Assembly: GCF_009914755.1 (NCBI RefSeq)
Contig: NC_060936.1
Length of the DNA: 64,000 bases
Source: the human T2T-CHM13v2.0 reference genome, Homo sapiens
Direction: 5' to 3' (one strand)
Positions 27,451 to 43,477 of this stretch are shown piece by piece. Both the position numbers and the translations under genes were made by a program. The notes under the pieces were generated by a model. The model was not told the origin of the DNA and did no database searches. It saw only the letters and a program-made list of their open reading frames with translations. Each line of letters starts with the position of its first letter. Within the stretch, counting starts at the first letter, position 1.

Positions 27451-28000
27451 TGACATGGTTTTGATCTGTGTTGTCGCCCAAATCTCATGTCAAATTGTAA
27501 ATCCCAGTGTTGGAGGTGGGGCCTGGTGGGAGGCAGATTTCCCTCTTGGTGCTATTCTCACGATCCTGAGGGAGTTCTCCTGAGATCTGATCATTTAAAA
27601 GTGCATGGCACCTCCCCCGCCTCGCCTCCCCCCACCTCACTTCCCCCGCTTCGCCTCCTCCCAGCTTGCCTCTACCCTTCCCACCCCCGCCCCCACCTCG
27701 TCTCCCCACACCTGGCCTCTACCCACATCCCCCACCGCCCCCGCTTTGCCTCCCCGCCCCGACCCGACCCCACCCGACCCGCCTTGCCTCCTGCTCTTGC
27801 CATGTCTGATGTGCCTGTTTCCCCTTCACCTTCCGCCATGATTGAAAATTTCCTGAGGCCTCCCCAGAAGGCAAGCAGCTGCCAGCATCATGCTTCTTGT
27901 ACATCCTGTGGAACTGGGAGCCAATTAAGCCTGTTTTCTTTATAAATTACCCAGTCTCAGGTATTTCTTTATAGCAATGCAAAACTAATGCGACTCATAC
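27451..28000 (+). mobile_element. MSTA MaLR solo LTR containing a C-rich expansion
   Basis: tgacatggttttgatctgtgt..cccaaatctcatgtc...ataaattacccagtctcaggtatttctttatagcaatgc..gactcataca. Confidence 0.88.
27611..27790. repeat. C-rich low-complexity tract of CCCCG/CCTCG/CCCGA pentamers
   Basis: Directly visible runs of C with interspersed CpG. Confidence 0.9.
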
Positions 28001-28176
28001 AGGGACCATGTCATCCCAAGGCTCCTTGTAAGAGTGGGCAGGAGGGTCAGTCAGAGAAGATGATGCGAGGGCAGGAACCAAGGAATGTGGCGCCTCTGGA
28101 AGCTGGGAGAAACACGCAGACGGATTCTCCGCTAGAGCCTCCAGATGAAACGCAGCCCTGCTTGTACCATAATCTA

Positions 28177-28582
<406 letters not shown>

Positions 28583-28734
28583 TTATGGTGATTTATTACA
28601 GCAGCAACAGCAAATGAAAATGGTCTCTAGGCACATTGCTCCCTCAATGCTGCAGATCACATTCAATATTAAGAGATTTCATTGGCAGATGGGCCAGGAG
28701 TACAGCCATGAACAGTATTTTTATGGCATCGGGT

Positions 28735-28980
28735 AATAACAATAAAGCTAATCTTCATATGGTGCTTCTTACGTGGGGAAGATACTGTTAATATTGGCTC
28801 ATTTAGTTTTCACAACAAACCTGTGAGGCAGGCGTTTGCACCATTCCCGGTGGCAAATGAAGAAACTGAGGCCCAGAGATGCAGAGCACATGGCTCCAGG
28901 TCACCCAGCTGGCAGGAGAGAGAGATGGGATCTGACTCAGGCTGTCTGGCTCCAGATTCCAGGACCCTAACCACTGCCCT
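28735..28980 (-). mobile_element. MIR
   Basis: aaatgaagaaactgaggcccagaga...ggtcacccagct. Confidence 0.75.
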
Positions 28981-29204
28981 GAACTGCCTCTTCTGGAAGA
29001 CTGTGTTTTGAATACAAAATTTGCACTCACAGAATCATAAGTGACCTTTCATAGAATTTCACCAAGTGATTCTCACAGCATATAATTTCTTAATTAGGGA
29101 AATTATACCAAAAAAAAGCACACTGGGGACTTGCAAATACATACTCTGAATTTACAAAATTTGGCAAAGGCTATCCAAGTGAAGGAATTTACAACGACCT
29201 TTGA

Positions 29205-29625
<421 letters not shown>

Positions 29626-32102
29626 TAAGTATCCTCAATCATCTTTATTTCTTGGTCCAGCAAACCCTTTTATCTTAGACATGACAAAGGTCCTGTTTAT
29701 TCCAAATTAGATGAATTGTTCATGTATTCTGCATAAGTAATGGACTCTAATGTAGCTTTATAGAACCTGCAAAATAATTAACGATCATTGTTGGTTTCGA
29801 GTTTGCAATGGAGACGTGGATTTTTTGAACCACCTGCAAATGACTTCGTAAACAGTTTAAATGTGTTTCACTGCACCTGAGTAAAAATCGCCCTTTTACT
29901 ATTCTTATAATCATTATTACAAAAGCTGTTTAAATTACTATTTAATTGCATCTGAACTACTTAAATAATTTAAGGTAAAATTAAACTTTTAATGTGTGAC
30001 TAAATCTCCTTAAGATCCTAACCTTAACCCTAACCCTCTCCCTTCTCCCCTCAGCAATTTCAGCACCTAACATAGAGGTAACCAGCAATAATGGTTGAGG
30101 ATAAATCATGTTGTACTCTTGCTGGGTATTTTCTTCCACACAGATGTAACTGTGTGTTCTATTTTGGAGTTTGTTTTTCATAGTACACACAGGATGCCTC
30201 AGTTTGCCCCACTGTCTCCATGCTAAGTGGTATCAGGAACTAAAGTGGCATTTTTATCAGTGGCCTAAAATGCCTCCTTATCAACTACCATTGCCAGCTC
30301 TGCCACTTTTGGGGAAGCTGGTGTGGCAGGCTCTGTCTTCCTTCCTTACTTCTGTTCTTTATCCCAGAACTGAGGAGAAGGGGCATCTCTGGAGCATAAG
30401 GGAGGCTTGCAGGGTCCTTGCTCTGTGCAAAGCCCCTCCCAGCCAGCCAGTTTCCCTTTAGAGCCCTCCTGATTAATCACTCACTCATCAATCTCCTCTC
30501 GCTGAAGTCGCTACAGCTAAGCCAAGCTGTAGCAAAGATTTGGATCTAATATTCAAAATTTAAATGTAATTCTCCCTCCTAATGCCTAAAAAGGTTGCAG
30601 TTTGGCTCCAGTTCTTGAAAGTGGCCTTTCACAGAATCTCACCAAGTGGATTCTCCCAGCAATAAGGTGCCATCTCTGCATTTGACTTCAGGGTGAGCTT
30701 ATTCGCACTGAATAAGCAGAACCAGTTCAAGGAACAGAGGCTATTTCCTGGGCTTTGGGGTGGCCTGAGAGAGTGGGCACACATGCCACCTTCCCCAATT
30801 CACCTCTCTGTCTATACGAAGGATAATAATTCCATCTTTAAATGTTCCAAATAACTAAGCAAACTTGTTGGGAACCTTCCTTCAAGCTTTAAGAGGGAAG
30901 TCACATCCTGTCAGATAGATCTTTATTTTGTGCTTCAAAACCTAATGAAGAAGAATCCTTTCCTACTCACACTTCCCCGATGTGGGGTGAGAATGAAGTC
31001 ATGCTTTGGCAAATGTGGTCCCTGAGACCATCTGTCCCTTGGGCAGCATTACATACCTGCCCAATTCCTGCTCCTCATGGAAGCATCTGGGTTAAATAAG
31101 TGTAAACAGACCAGCTGAGAATTTGAGATTGTTTCTTTCCACTTAAGACTTAGAGATCTTTGCTTTTGTTCTTGTTTTCTACGTTTTATTATGTCCTATT
31201 TGGCTCTCTTCAATTCAGAAAGTGTTTTAAAATAATCAAATAGCCTCCATCCTGTGCCTGGCTTTGTGTTCTAGGGACACTGCATAGGGACAATTTAAGC
31301 CCAAGAGCAGCCCACAATGTGCTCACAGTCCAGGGAAGAGATGGCCACGTAGACAAGGAAGACCCACAAGCTTGCAGAGCCACACTATCTGGGATCGTCA
31401 CTGGCTTTTCATTTTACTAGCATGAGTTTCTCTGAAGTTGTTCTTTATTTATAGCACTTTCTCTTTGGAGCATCAATTGAGTAGGACTGAATGCCTAATA
31501 AATTAGCCAGCCTGGATGTGACAAGATGTTCTCAATTCACAGTAGATCATCAGCCACCAGTGCCATTGCCATTGGCTTTGCCTTGACCAATTGTCATTGC
31601 TGATAATTAATTACAGCTCCTAAATCCAAGATATCATTATAGAGATAATAAATAATAGAAAGGTTTTCTGTTGGATTCTCTATTTATTTTATTGTGAATT
31701 CCCATCCCTTCCCTTCTCCCAGAGAGCTCTTGGAATGGATTGTATGCCAAATTCTAATTCTCATTCTTAGATCTTGCATACCTGTTTTTCTCTCCTGCAC
31801 CAGAACAATTTTTTTATTTCTTTATATTGTCTATTATTCCAACACTAAAAGGAAATAATTCGGTGAACATTGACCTTAGTATGGGCAGAATGTTAATTAA
31901 CACTGGGAAAAATGCCAGAGTGCCTTCAGGTGCCATCCAAGAAACAATTGTTTTACTTTTAATTGCAAAGTTCTGCATAGAAAGTGAGAATAAGAAGCAG
32001 GTCCTCATTGTTGAATCAGATAGCTGAAAAAGGGCCAACTCTGAGGAGTGGCTTTCTTCGCCAGGGCGTTCTGCGTTCTGCTAGTAAAAGCCTGGTTCTG
32101 AA

Positions 32103-32400
32103 TTTTTTTTTTTTTTTTTTTTTTTTGAGACAGAGTCTTGCTCTGTCGCTCAGGCTGGAGTATGATCTTGGCTCACTGCAACCTCCACCCCCTAGGTTCA
32201 AGCAATTCTCCTACCTCAGCCTCCTGAGTAGCTGGGATTACAGGCATGCGCCACCGCACCCAGCTAATTTTTGTATTTTTAGTAGAGACGGGGTTTCACC
32301 ATGTTAGCCAGTGTGGTCTTGAACTCCTGACCTCAAGTGATCCGCTTGCCTCGACCTCCCAAAATGCTGAGATTACAGGCATGAGCCACCGTGCCCAGCC
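32103..32400 (-). mobile_element. AluS
   Basis: Poly-T plus antisense dimer; degenerate TSD tggt(t/c)ctga. Confidence 0.95.
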
Positions 32401-32962
32401 TGGTCCTGATTTTGTTGTGAATTGTGGTTTTGATGCAACAGGAACTCATAGGTAAAAATGGTTGCTCCCAAAAAAGGAACTGTTTTTGATCCTTGAAGAG
32501 AATTACCAAAATTACTGAATAAAATAAATCAAATAATGTGTTTAAGGGAACACAGTCAAGGTTTCCGGTTCTTACTCTGCAACAGAGGTGAGAGACTGGG
32601 CTTGTTGCTTTTTGTTTCTCTGAACCTCATGTTCCCTTATCAGAAAAATGAGAGAGTGGGTAAGTTCCAGGTGTCTCAAGCATTTAGGGGGCGATATGTA
32701 TCCAGTGTTGTACTGATCAAAGCCAAAATCTCCCACAGTGAACCCTGGAAGACCATGCAAACTGTGTCTCCATCTTGGAGTTTCATGAGGTGTAATTAAA
32801 ATATTAATGATCCTGAAGGTCCTGCAAGAAAGAAACTTGTTTAAATGTGCATGATTCTTCTTTTATTCCATTCACTTCCTTCTCAAATATAGGAATATAA
32901 AAAAGGGATGGATATGAATGTACTACATGCCTAAACTATGGTAATTTAAGTCAACAACCCTG

Positions 32963-33355
32963 ATATATCACTTTGCTAGGGTTCCCATAACAAACCACAG
33001 CAAACTGAGCTGCATACACAACAGAAATGGATTCTCTCACCATTCTGCAGGCCAGAAGTTTGATATCAAGGTATTGGCAGGGCCATCATCCCTCTGAGGG
33101 CACTGGGTGGGGGGTCTCTTTTCCTCTCTTTTTGAAACCTGGTGAAATTTTGGCATTCCGTGGCTTGTAGCAGCAGCATAACTATAATATTTACATGATG
33201 TTCTTTCTGTGTGTGTGTCTTTGTGTCCCAAAATTTCTCTTTTTCTTAGGACACCAGCCATTTTGGATTGGGGTTCCATACATCTGCAATGGCCCTAGGA
33301 GAGTCAAGATTTCAACCTATGGGTTTTGGCAGGGGACACATTTCAACCTGTAACA
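32963..33355 (-). mobile_element. MLT1B/C MaLR LTR
   Basis: caacagaaatggattctctcaccattctgcaggccagaag...ggggacacatttcaacctgtaaca. Confidence 0.75.
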
Positions 33356-33399
33356 CAAGTGCTCAGCACGTTTTCCCAGGTGGCTTGTGTCCTGCCTTT

Positions 33400-33946
33400 C
33401 CACCCCCTTTCCCATCTCCCACTTATTTCCAGCCTCCAGCACCTCTACCATGGATGTTCTGCCTTCCAGTTGGTCTCCTGGCATGTCCTATCAGCTCCTT
33501 TAATCTAGTGGCCGTATTGCACCTCATAGGATCTTTCCAAATTGCAGATCTGATCCTCTCCCATCTCCACCTGTCCTTTGGTCTCCCTCAGTCTTGTAAC
33601 TCCTCCTTGGCTTCCCACTGTCCTTGGGATAAAAACTTCAAATCCTTAGCTATGTGTGCTTCTGCAGGCTCATCTTTCACTGTGTTCTACCACCTGCCTC
33701 CAATGGTCCTGCCATTCTCCGAAGGCCTCTGTCATTTCTTTTGCACATGCTCTTCTACCTGGAACACTGCCCTCTTCACCAGCCTCTGCCTGGCATCCTC
33801 CAGGCACTGACTGTTTCTCCTAGGGGAGCTGGGAACATGTCTGCTTTTTATCTTCCGTATCTAAAGCTCCTGGCTTAATATGTGGCATAAGGTAGGAGCC
33901 CAATAAACATTTGTTGAGTGAGTGAATGAAAGAATTAACGAATGAC
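33400..33946 (+). mobile_element. L2 3' region
   Basis: tgcagatctgatc, ctttgcacatgctcttctacctggaac and tail caataaacatttgttgagtgagtgaatgaa. Confidence 0.75.
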
Positions 33947-35969
33947 CCAAACTCTGTACTAGATTCCAGAGATAAAAGGAAGAATTGGATTTGATCACTT
34001 TCCATGAAAGACAGATGGGGAGGCAATGGTCATAATGTGTGTGCTGATAAACTTGTGTTCAGAGTATGGTCACTAGTTGTAGTTCTAAGAATGGAGAGGC
34101 AATTGCCTGTGGGACAGAGAAAAAAGTGTGGGAAAGATTCCAATGAATGCTTCATTTGAGCTCAGCACAGAAGAAGTAGTCAATGGTAGAGTGGGCCGTG
34201 TTTTTATTTGCCTGGCCAACATCCCTAACTAATTGTTCTGGGAATAACATTAAATCAGTTTTCCTGGGGGAGCTTTTTCCCTCAATTCTTTGGTCCATTT
34301 GGTTCTGATGGTGCAAACTTATGTGACTGTTTTCAGACTTGGCCCTAATTCGATGAGTATGTGGACACCAGGCTTACACCTGAGCTGTCCAGGACAGACC
34401 CTACCCCTTCCTCCTGAAAGCATGTGCCACAGCCCTGGTCTTCAGAGTCCAGCATCCAAGTGGCTTAGTGAGTTGTTCAGGAATGGACACATAGCCTAGT
34501 TTTGGTTGAAGAGAATCAGGGCCACAATATCTTGAAGTGGCTATTCTTGAGCTGCTGGTGTCTTTATAAGAATGTTAAGAGGCGATAGACGAAGTGAGCA
34601 AAGCCAGGAAAATTGACCATTAGATGTAGATCATCCACTTTTGTGAATTATAAAGTCATCATCTTTAATTTTACATTCAATATTTAACTTTCCCAGTCAC
34701 ACATTGTTTTACTCCATCAACTTTACCCTTTGCCTAATGCCATGACCTTCACTTTATTTTTCTAAGAATTGCCTTTTGTACTCTACTGGAAAAGCTTTAT
34801 CTTAAGTTTATGGCAAATGCTCCTTTAGATTTAAGAGTAATCCCAGATGACCAAGGGGAATTAATGAAGTCACACACAAGACCGATTGCCACCCACTTGG
34901 ATGACATAGGCCAAGTGTGAGATGAGCCATCTTCCAGATGCAGATCCCACCAGTGCTATCTGTGCTGTGATGTCACACATTGGGATATTTGCAAGCTTTC
35001 TCACGCAGGGATTGGCAAATGAGACGAGCAACCTGCTTGTGTGCATGGAATCTGCACTATTCATGTGGATCTTTAAGAATGTTATAAAGACAATCTCCAG
35101 CCCCACTCACTTTTCTGGTTTTTAGAAGCAGCAAGAAATAACACAGAAAATTTGACGGCATTTAGAAAACTGCAGTGGTGTGCTTCTCTCTACACCAAAG
35201 CTGCCTAAGCTTTGTAATTCCACAACTCTTTTCTGCAACTCAATTTAGGTAGTTAACTCACTATTGGCTGCATGTTTTTCATGTTTTTTCCCCTAAATTT
35301 TCCATGCAATAAATTAATGGCTCCATTTGTACAATTACAACTAGTGACATAAAGTTCTGGATGGGGTCTCTATGTTCTGGACTCTTAATTTCTTGTCCAT
35401 TGGAAATCTGTTCCTGGAAACAGTCCCGTTCGTTTCCGGAAAATGTTTTCCATTTATAAAAATGCTCTGAATTGCCATCTGATACTGAGTCATGGGTATC
35501 TTAGGGAGAAAATCTGTCTGAACACATCTCTCTCTGGTTTCAGGGAGGTAAGGAGACAGGGGCACTGAGGTGAGGGCTGATTAGCATTGAGGTTGGATGG
35601 GTCCACTTGATTCCACAACCAGAATCACCGGTTTTTGTCTCTCAGAATGTGGATGGGTCTTGGATTTTTGCTTTATCTCTTTAATCCTACACTCAGAAAC
35701 TAGGCAGTGTTTCCTTGTCAGCTACTCTGTTACCTCCCACGATGCACCTGACTTCTGATTTTCCAGCCAGGGTCTGAATGCACCAGAGAATCCAGCTGGG
35801 TATCTTTACACACCAGAAGAGCCACTGGCCAGAATGGAAGGGGAAGAAAGTCACTTCTGCCTTAACAGCACATTGAAGCAAAATAAAAACAAACACCAGT
35901 CTGTAGAATAACATGGCAGCAAAACAAGCCAAAGAGTTGTCAGATAATATTTTAAAAACAACATATGCC

Positions 35970-36583
<614 letters not shown>

Positions 36584-36747
36584 GTGTATGCTTTCTTCAC
36601 TGCTGAAAATGAGTGATTCTTTTATACATCCAAAGGTTTGTTATCTTTAAACATCACAACTTTATTTTAGCTGTCTTGTATGGTATCCTTCCAAAAAGAG
36701 TTCTGTATTTGCAATTTTGGTATCTGAAGCAGAGTACAGTGGATACA

Positions 36748-36830
36748 CGTGCACATGTGTGAGTGTGTGTGTATGTTTGTGTGTGTGTGTGCGTGTGAGT
36801 GTGTGTGTGTGTCAGTGAGAGACAGAGAGA
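36748..36830. repeat. Degenerate (TG)n/(GA)n
   Basis: Directly visible. Confidence 0.85.
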
Positions 36831-38221
36831 ATGTCATGGAGAGTCTGGGTTATATTTATTTTAATGTTTTTAAGCACAGTGTTGGTCTGTGGAGCCACTT
36901 CTCCAAACCTGTTGATCATCTTTTCATACTTCTTACTGAGAAGCTCTTCAAACGCTTTTCATTTTTACATCTTTCCCTGGCTGTTCTTTCTATGCTGAGC
37001 CATCTCTTTCCACTAATCTCAGCATGTTCCTTTGGTAGGACCTATGCCATTGCATTTGCTTCTTGTGCATTTCTTGCCTGGGAAGACACAGAACATTATT
37101 TAATAAGTTATTTAAGGAAGGATGAGAGCTTGTTTATCATGGTCACCCTATGTCCAGCACACAGCTGTGCTGTGGTACATACCCATTCAATATTTGTTTC
37201 ATGAATAACTGAAGCTAGTGCAAAGCAGGAGAAAATTATTCCTGGAATCCATCAAGCTTCCCCTTGCCTAGGTTCACGAATATAAATGCATAGACTCAGT
37301 GGGTCTACCATGCCTTCTAAGGAGCTCTTAAAAGAACCCTCCTAATTGTCGGCAGTGTAATTTATGAATGCATTCCTGCATGCCATAGATATCTATTTTG
37401 TTTGCTGAGGAATCCTCATCCATTTCTTCTGGGAAATTCTCCAGCCTTTTTCTGCTTCTAGGCAGAACTTTGCTGACCAACCTTTGGAAAATCTCTAGTC
37501 CAGAGAGTCACTCAGGGTTTGCTGTGTGGCCACGAAGCTGAGAAACACTGCAAGTCTTTTGACCACCCTAACTTCTCACAGATTTTGTTCTGCAGCATAT
37601 TTTTGGTTCCTTTCCTCTTCCTGAGACTTCATACATGGGCCTCATCTGCAGCTGTGTGCATTCATTTATTTCCCTCTGAATCAATGGAGGCCACTTGCTA
37701 TTTTGCTGATAATTGACTGACATAGGTGTGGACACCTGAAGTATAGCTGAGAATCACGTGCTGATGTTTTTCCACCTTCTATGCTTCATTTCTTCCAGAA
37801 ATAAAAGTTTCTCACCATGAGAAGACAGTTGACAGGTTCTTTTGCCTACTCCTTTCAATGTATTAGAAAATTACACTTTCATGGGACTGATTGTCCTGTA
37901 GAAAATTCAACCCAGGAATCTACACAGAATACAGTGACAAAACACAATAATAGCGTGCATTGCTCAAAGAAAGCTCTTTTTCAAATATTTGTGTCTAATG
38001 AAATGCTAATGATTTTCTCAATTTCATTTTTCGCACTTTCAAAAATCTGAAAGACATCCAAAAGAACCCACAACATTATTTGCCTTTAGAATGTAGTGAT
38101 AATCTTCATAGCTTTCACTTGAAAAGGAGTTCGATTTCATGTGTTTCTGAACATCTTAGTTCCCCAAAAGAAAGCTACTTCATTTATATCCCATAAGATA
38201 TTCACTTGAAACATTTGAAAC

Positions 38222-38599
38222 TATTAAGTTGGGGCTGGGTGTGGTGGCTCACGCCTGTAATCCCAGCACTTTGGGAGGCCGAGGCAGACAGATCACTTGA
38301 GACCAGGAGTTTAAGACCAGTCTGGCCAACATGGTGAAACTCTGCCTCTACTAAAAATACAAAAATTAGCCAGGTGTGGTGGTGCACACCTGTAATCCCA
38401 GCTTCTTGGGAGGCTGAGGATCACTTGAACTCAGGAGGTGGAGGTAACATTGAGCTGGGATTGCACCACTGCACTGCAGCCTGGGCAACAGAGTGAGACT
38501 CTGTCAAAAAAAAAAAAAAAAGTTGGTGCAAAAGTAATTGCATTTTTTGCCTTTGAAACTGATGGTAAAAATCACAGTTATTTTTGCACCAACCTAATA
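38222..38599. mobile_element. MADE1 (Hsmar1 MITE) interrupted in its left TIR by an Alu
   Basis: tattaagttgg[Alu]tgcaaaagtaattgc...tttttgcaccaacctaata. Confidence 0.88.
38233..38519 (+). mobile_element. AluS(z) with small deletion
   Basis: TSD aagttgg at 38226-38232 and 38520-38526. Confidence 0.93.
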
Positions 38600-39314
38600 T
38601 AAAACTCTTCCTAGGACTTGGGGTTTTTTTATTTTTGTAAAAAAAAAATTGTTTAAAAAAATCTCCTGATAAATTCTAATTTCCAAAACTGACATTTATT
38701 AAATATCTCAAGTATGATTTTACACTGCAGTGTGAATTATGCATAAGCTTCATGTTTGATTCATTTTTCTTTAAGATTAAAGGTGGTAGATGACACTTAT
38801 GGGAGGGTGTTGTTTAAAATATCTTCTCCTTGCAGCTCTTCAGTGTAGATTGACATCTCTAAGAACTAAGAAAAACATAGAGTAAAAAAGGAATGAATAT
38901 GCAGAGGCTGTTCACACACTTCACGGGATCATAGACAGGGTAGACCTGCAGCTCTAAGGAGGTGCTGGGGTGAGGGCTCAGGGGAAAAAAAGAGACAAGG
39001 CTAGAAATAGTGGGCAACCTCAGGGCATCCTCAGATACTTCAAGGCTGCAGGCTAACCCTGTGAAAGATTAGGAAGGGAAATCATGGTTTTTATTTAGGG
39101 TACAGGAAAAAGAAGAGAAATACTGTGATTGTTTGTTGCCCTTGTTTTTATTATGGAATTACTCTTGCTGCTGTGTCTTACCTGATATAATTTTAGTCTG
39201 GTATAAAAACAGGTAGTCATGTGTGGGCGTATAGTATCTACTGTGGGCTGGAGAAATATGGAATACAGCAGGGCAGCAGAGAGAGGACATGGGATTTCTG
39301 CTTTTATAGCTGTT

Positions 39315-39470
39315 GTTGTTTTGGGTCCTGATTTAGCCATTTCTAGCTGTGTGACCAATGGCAAGTTATTGGAGATCAGCTTGCACACCTAGAAATGGAA
39401 TCACAATAACTGCAAACCTCAGGAACCTTACAGGAAAGTCATGGGAATCCTATGAGTTAGTAGATAAAAA
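39315..39470 (+). mobile_element. MIR fragment
   Basis: ctagctgtgtgaccaatggcaagtta core. Confidence 0.55.
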
Positions 39471-39882
39471 CAGTAGTAGTTCATAATAGTAATACTAATA
39501 GTTAACAAAAATGAGTTAGAGTATTAAAGTGTTATATCAGTGGAAGGGAGTACTGTTACTGAGATTAGATCTGACTTTTCCCAAGGCTCATCTTTGGATC
39601 CTATAACTCCTAGAAAATATTAAATAAATATTGAATTAATAAATTTAAATATGTATATGTATGTGTAGAGAGAGAGAGAGATAAATGGATCATCAGACTT
39701 TCCTAGTCCTATGGAATACAGAAATGTCCATTGTGTATGTGTGTATACTGCAATAAAATCCCCAGTGTTGCGAGCATAATGGAATACAGTTAGCCAAGTA
39801 GTTTCCTTTCTAGAGTACAGTGTAAATTCTTTAATTTTCTTCTTCCCTCAAACCTTCACAATCTATATCCATCTCATCTGCT

Positions 39883-41353
<1,471 letters not shown>

Positions 41354-42535
41354 AAATCCCAGGCCACTAACTGGTACTCAAGAGTTATGTTGATTAAATT
41401 GCAACAGACACACTGTGAAATGCATAATATTGGCTGGGATCCTCGGTGGTGGTGCACGGTGCAGGGATTCAATGAGTGGAAATGAGTCGGATCTGTTGTC
41501 TGAGGCGTGTGCAGACTGTGCCTTCCCCAGAAGCTGGAACCTCGACAGAGATCCCATTCTGGAAGCCACCTAGGAAAGGACATCCCTGTGCACAGAATGG
41601 AATGGAGCGAAGTTCAACTTCTTTGTCATTGGACCCCTAAAGGAGCCTCTCACTGGGTCCTGGGCCCGCCCACCAAGCATGGAAGAGCATTAGCACTTCA
41701 AAGTTGCATTGGTAATACCCATTGTTAGTTCCAGTGTAAGAAATTAAGGTGCTTTGAGAAAAGAGTAAGGGCAAATAAGCCACAAGGAAAACAAAGCAGG
41801 AAACTCCATATGATTTTATATTTTTCTATTCTCAGTTCAAAGCAGAGGCCCCTCAGAGATGAACACTAGGTACAGAACAAGACTCCTGTCAACCACACTT
41901 AGTTCAAGCTGAAGGAACCCGGCCTCTCTTTGCTAATGTGTTATTGAAAATTGGCATTGCTCATCATTATGGAAACAAAATTCCCAACACCATAATGTTA
42001 GTTCAAAGAAGGAAAACAGCAATCATTTCCAACACTGTTGATTTGGAACCCATTGTTTAATTCCTCATGAATTAAAGCAAAAGACAATCAGAAAGGCAAT
42101 TACCAGTAAGAACTAAAGGTATCGGCTTCATTTATTATAAAATATAATAAATTTAAACTTAATTTAAAAATCCAAATGTGGGTTAAGCTTTTGTTTTTCA
42201 TTCCTTGAACAATTTAAAGTTTTAATATAAATATCTTCTGCTGCAAACAAGACCCTAGAGTCACAGAAGTTTCAGGCTTAAATCTGCGAGTGTTTCTTTG
42301 GCACGTTTAGCTGAGAATATGAGATGGGAAATGTATGTGATTTTATTCAATGGGTTCTGATTATGTAATAAAGGGCAAAGGCCTGGGAAACTTTCACATT
42401 TCACTTCCCTGTGTTGGGATTAATTTAATAGTATCCACTTTCCTGCCCAGATAATAAGCTAAATTCCCAACTGCCCACTTGAAAAAAATATGTATATATC
42501 TGAGTGCATGTGTGTATTACATATACAATTTAGTC

Positions 42536-42698
42536 TCTGAATATACAGAACACTCAAATCAAGCAGTTGGTTGTGTTATGATTTGTAACATTTTTGGTAT
42601 TTAGCATAAAAATCATCTTCTAAAAAAGAGTGTATAGTCATTGTAAATAATGTTTGAGAATTGAAGTTCTTGAGGATTTTGATAAAATATATTTTTAA
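42536..42698 (+). repeat. Copy 2 (uninterrupted) of ~165 bp direct duplication
   Basis: tctgaatatacagaacactc...tatagtcatt...gaattgaagttcttgagg. Confidence 0.9.
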
Positions 42699-42734
42699 AA
42701 GAAGGAATATGTGTATTCCATATCAATATAAAAA

Positions 42735-43477
42735 AATTGTATGTATTATACAATATGTATTGTATTTATATATTGTGTAAATACAATGTATTTATGTATT
42801 ATGTTATATAATATAATTATATAATGTATTATATAATATGTATTATGTTATATAATTATATAATGTATTATATAATATGTATTATATTTATCGTATTTAT
42901 ATTTTGTATTTATATATTATAATTGTATTTATTATACTATATTTATTGTTTTTATATAATTTATATTTATATAGTATATATTGTATTTATATATTATATG
43001 TATATTATATACTATAATATGTATTGTAATATATATCATATTATATATAATAAACCCAATATATTTTACATATATCATATTATATATTTGTATATTATAT
43101 ATTATTATATATCATTATATATTATATATCATATATTGTATATATTTAATATAATATAATACAATATATAATATTGTATATAATACAATCAATAGAGTAG
43201 TATATGTATTATAATATATTCTATGTATTATATATAGTATATACTCTATTATATAGTAGTATATATAATATACCATAGTAGTATATGTAATAGTATACTA
43301 TATATAGTATATATTATAATACATATACAACTGTATTGATTGTATTATATACAATATTATATATTGTATTATATTAAGTATATACTATGTAATATATAGT
43401 ATATATACAATATATGTAATACACACTCATAGTTATATATGTATGTATGTGTATACACACACACACACACACACACA
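42735..43477. repeat. AT-rich (TA)n-like tract with internal palindrome, ending in (CA)n
   Basis: About 740 bp, almost entirely A/T; perfect 42-bp inverted repeat at 43153-43194 and 43334-43375. Confidence 0.95.

Noticed and set aside
27487-27945. Pro-rich ORFs
   Set aside because: Products of the C-rich expansion in MSTA
30017-30037. Telomere-like cctaaccttaaccctaaccct
   Set aside because: Only about three imperfect units; too short to call an interstitial telomere
33268-33810. 180-aa ORF, the longest in the window
   Set aside because: Spans MLT1 and L2 remnants with a non-ATG start; no homology recognised
42923-43159. Tyr/Ile-rich ORF
   Set aside because: Translation of the TA-rich tract
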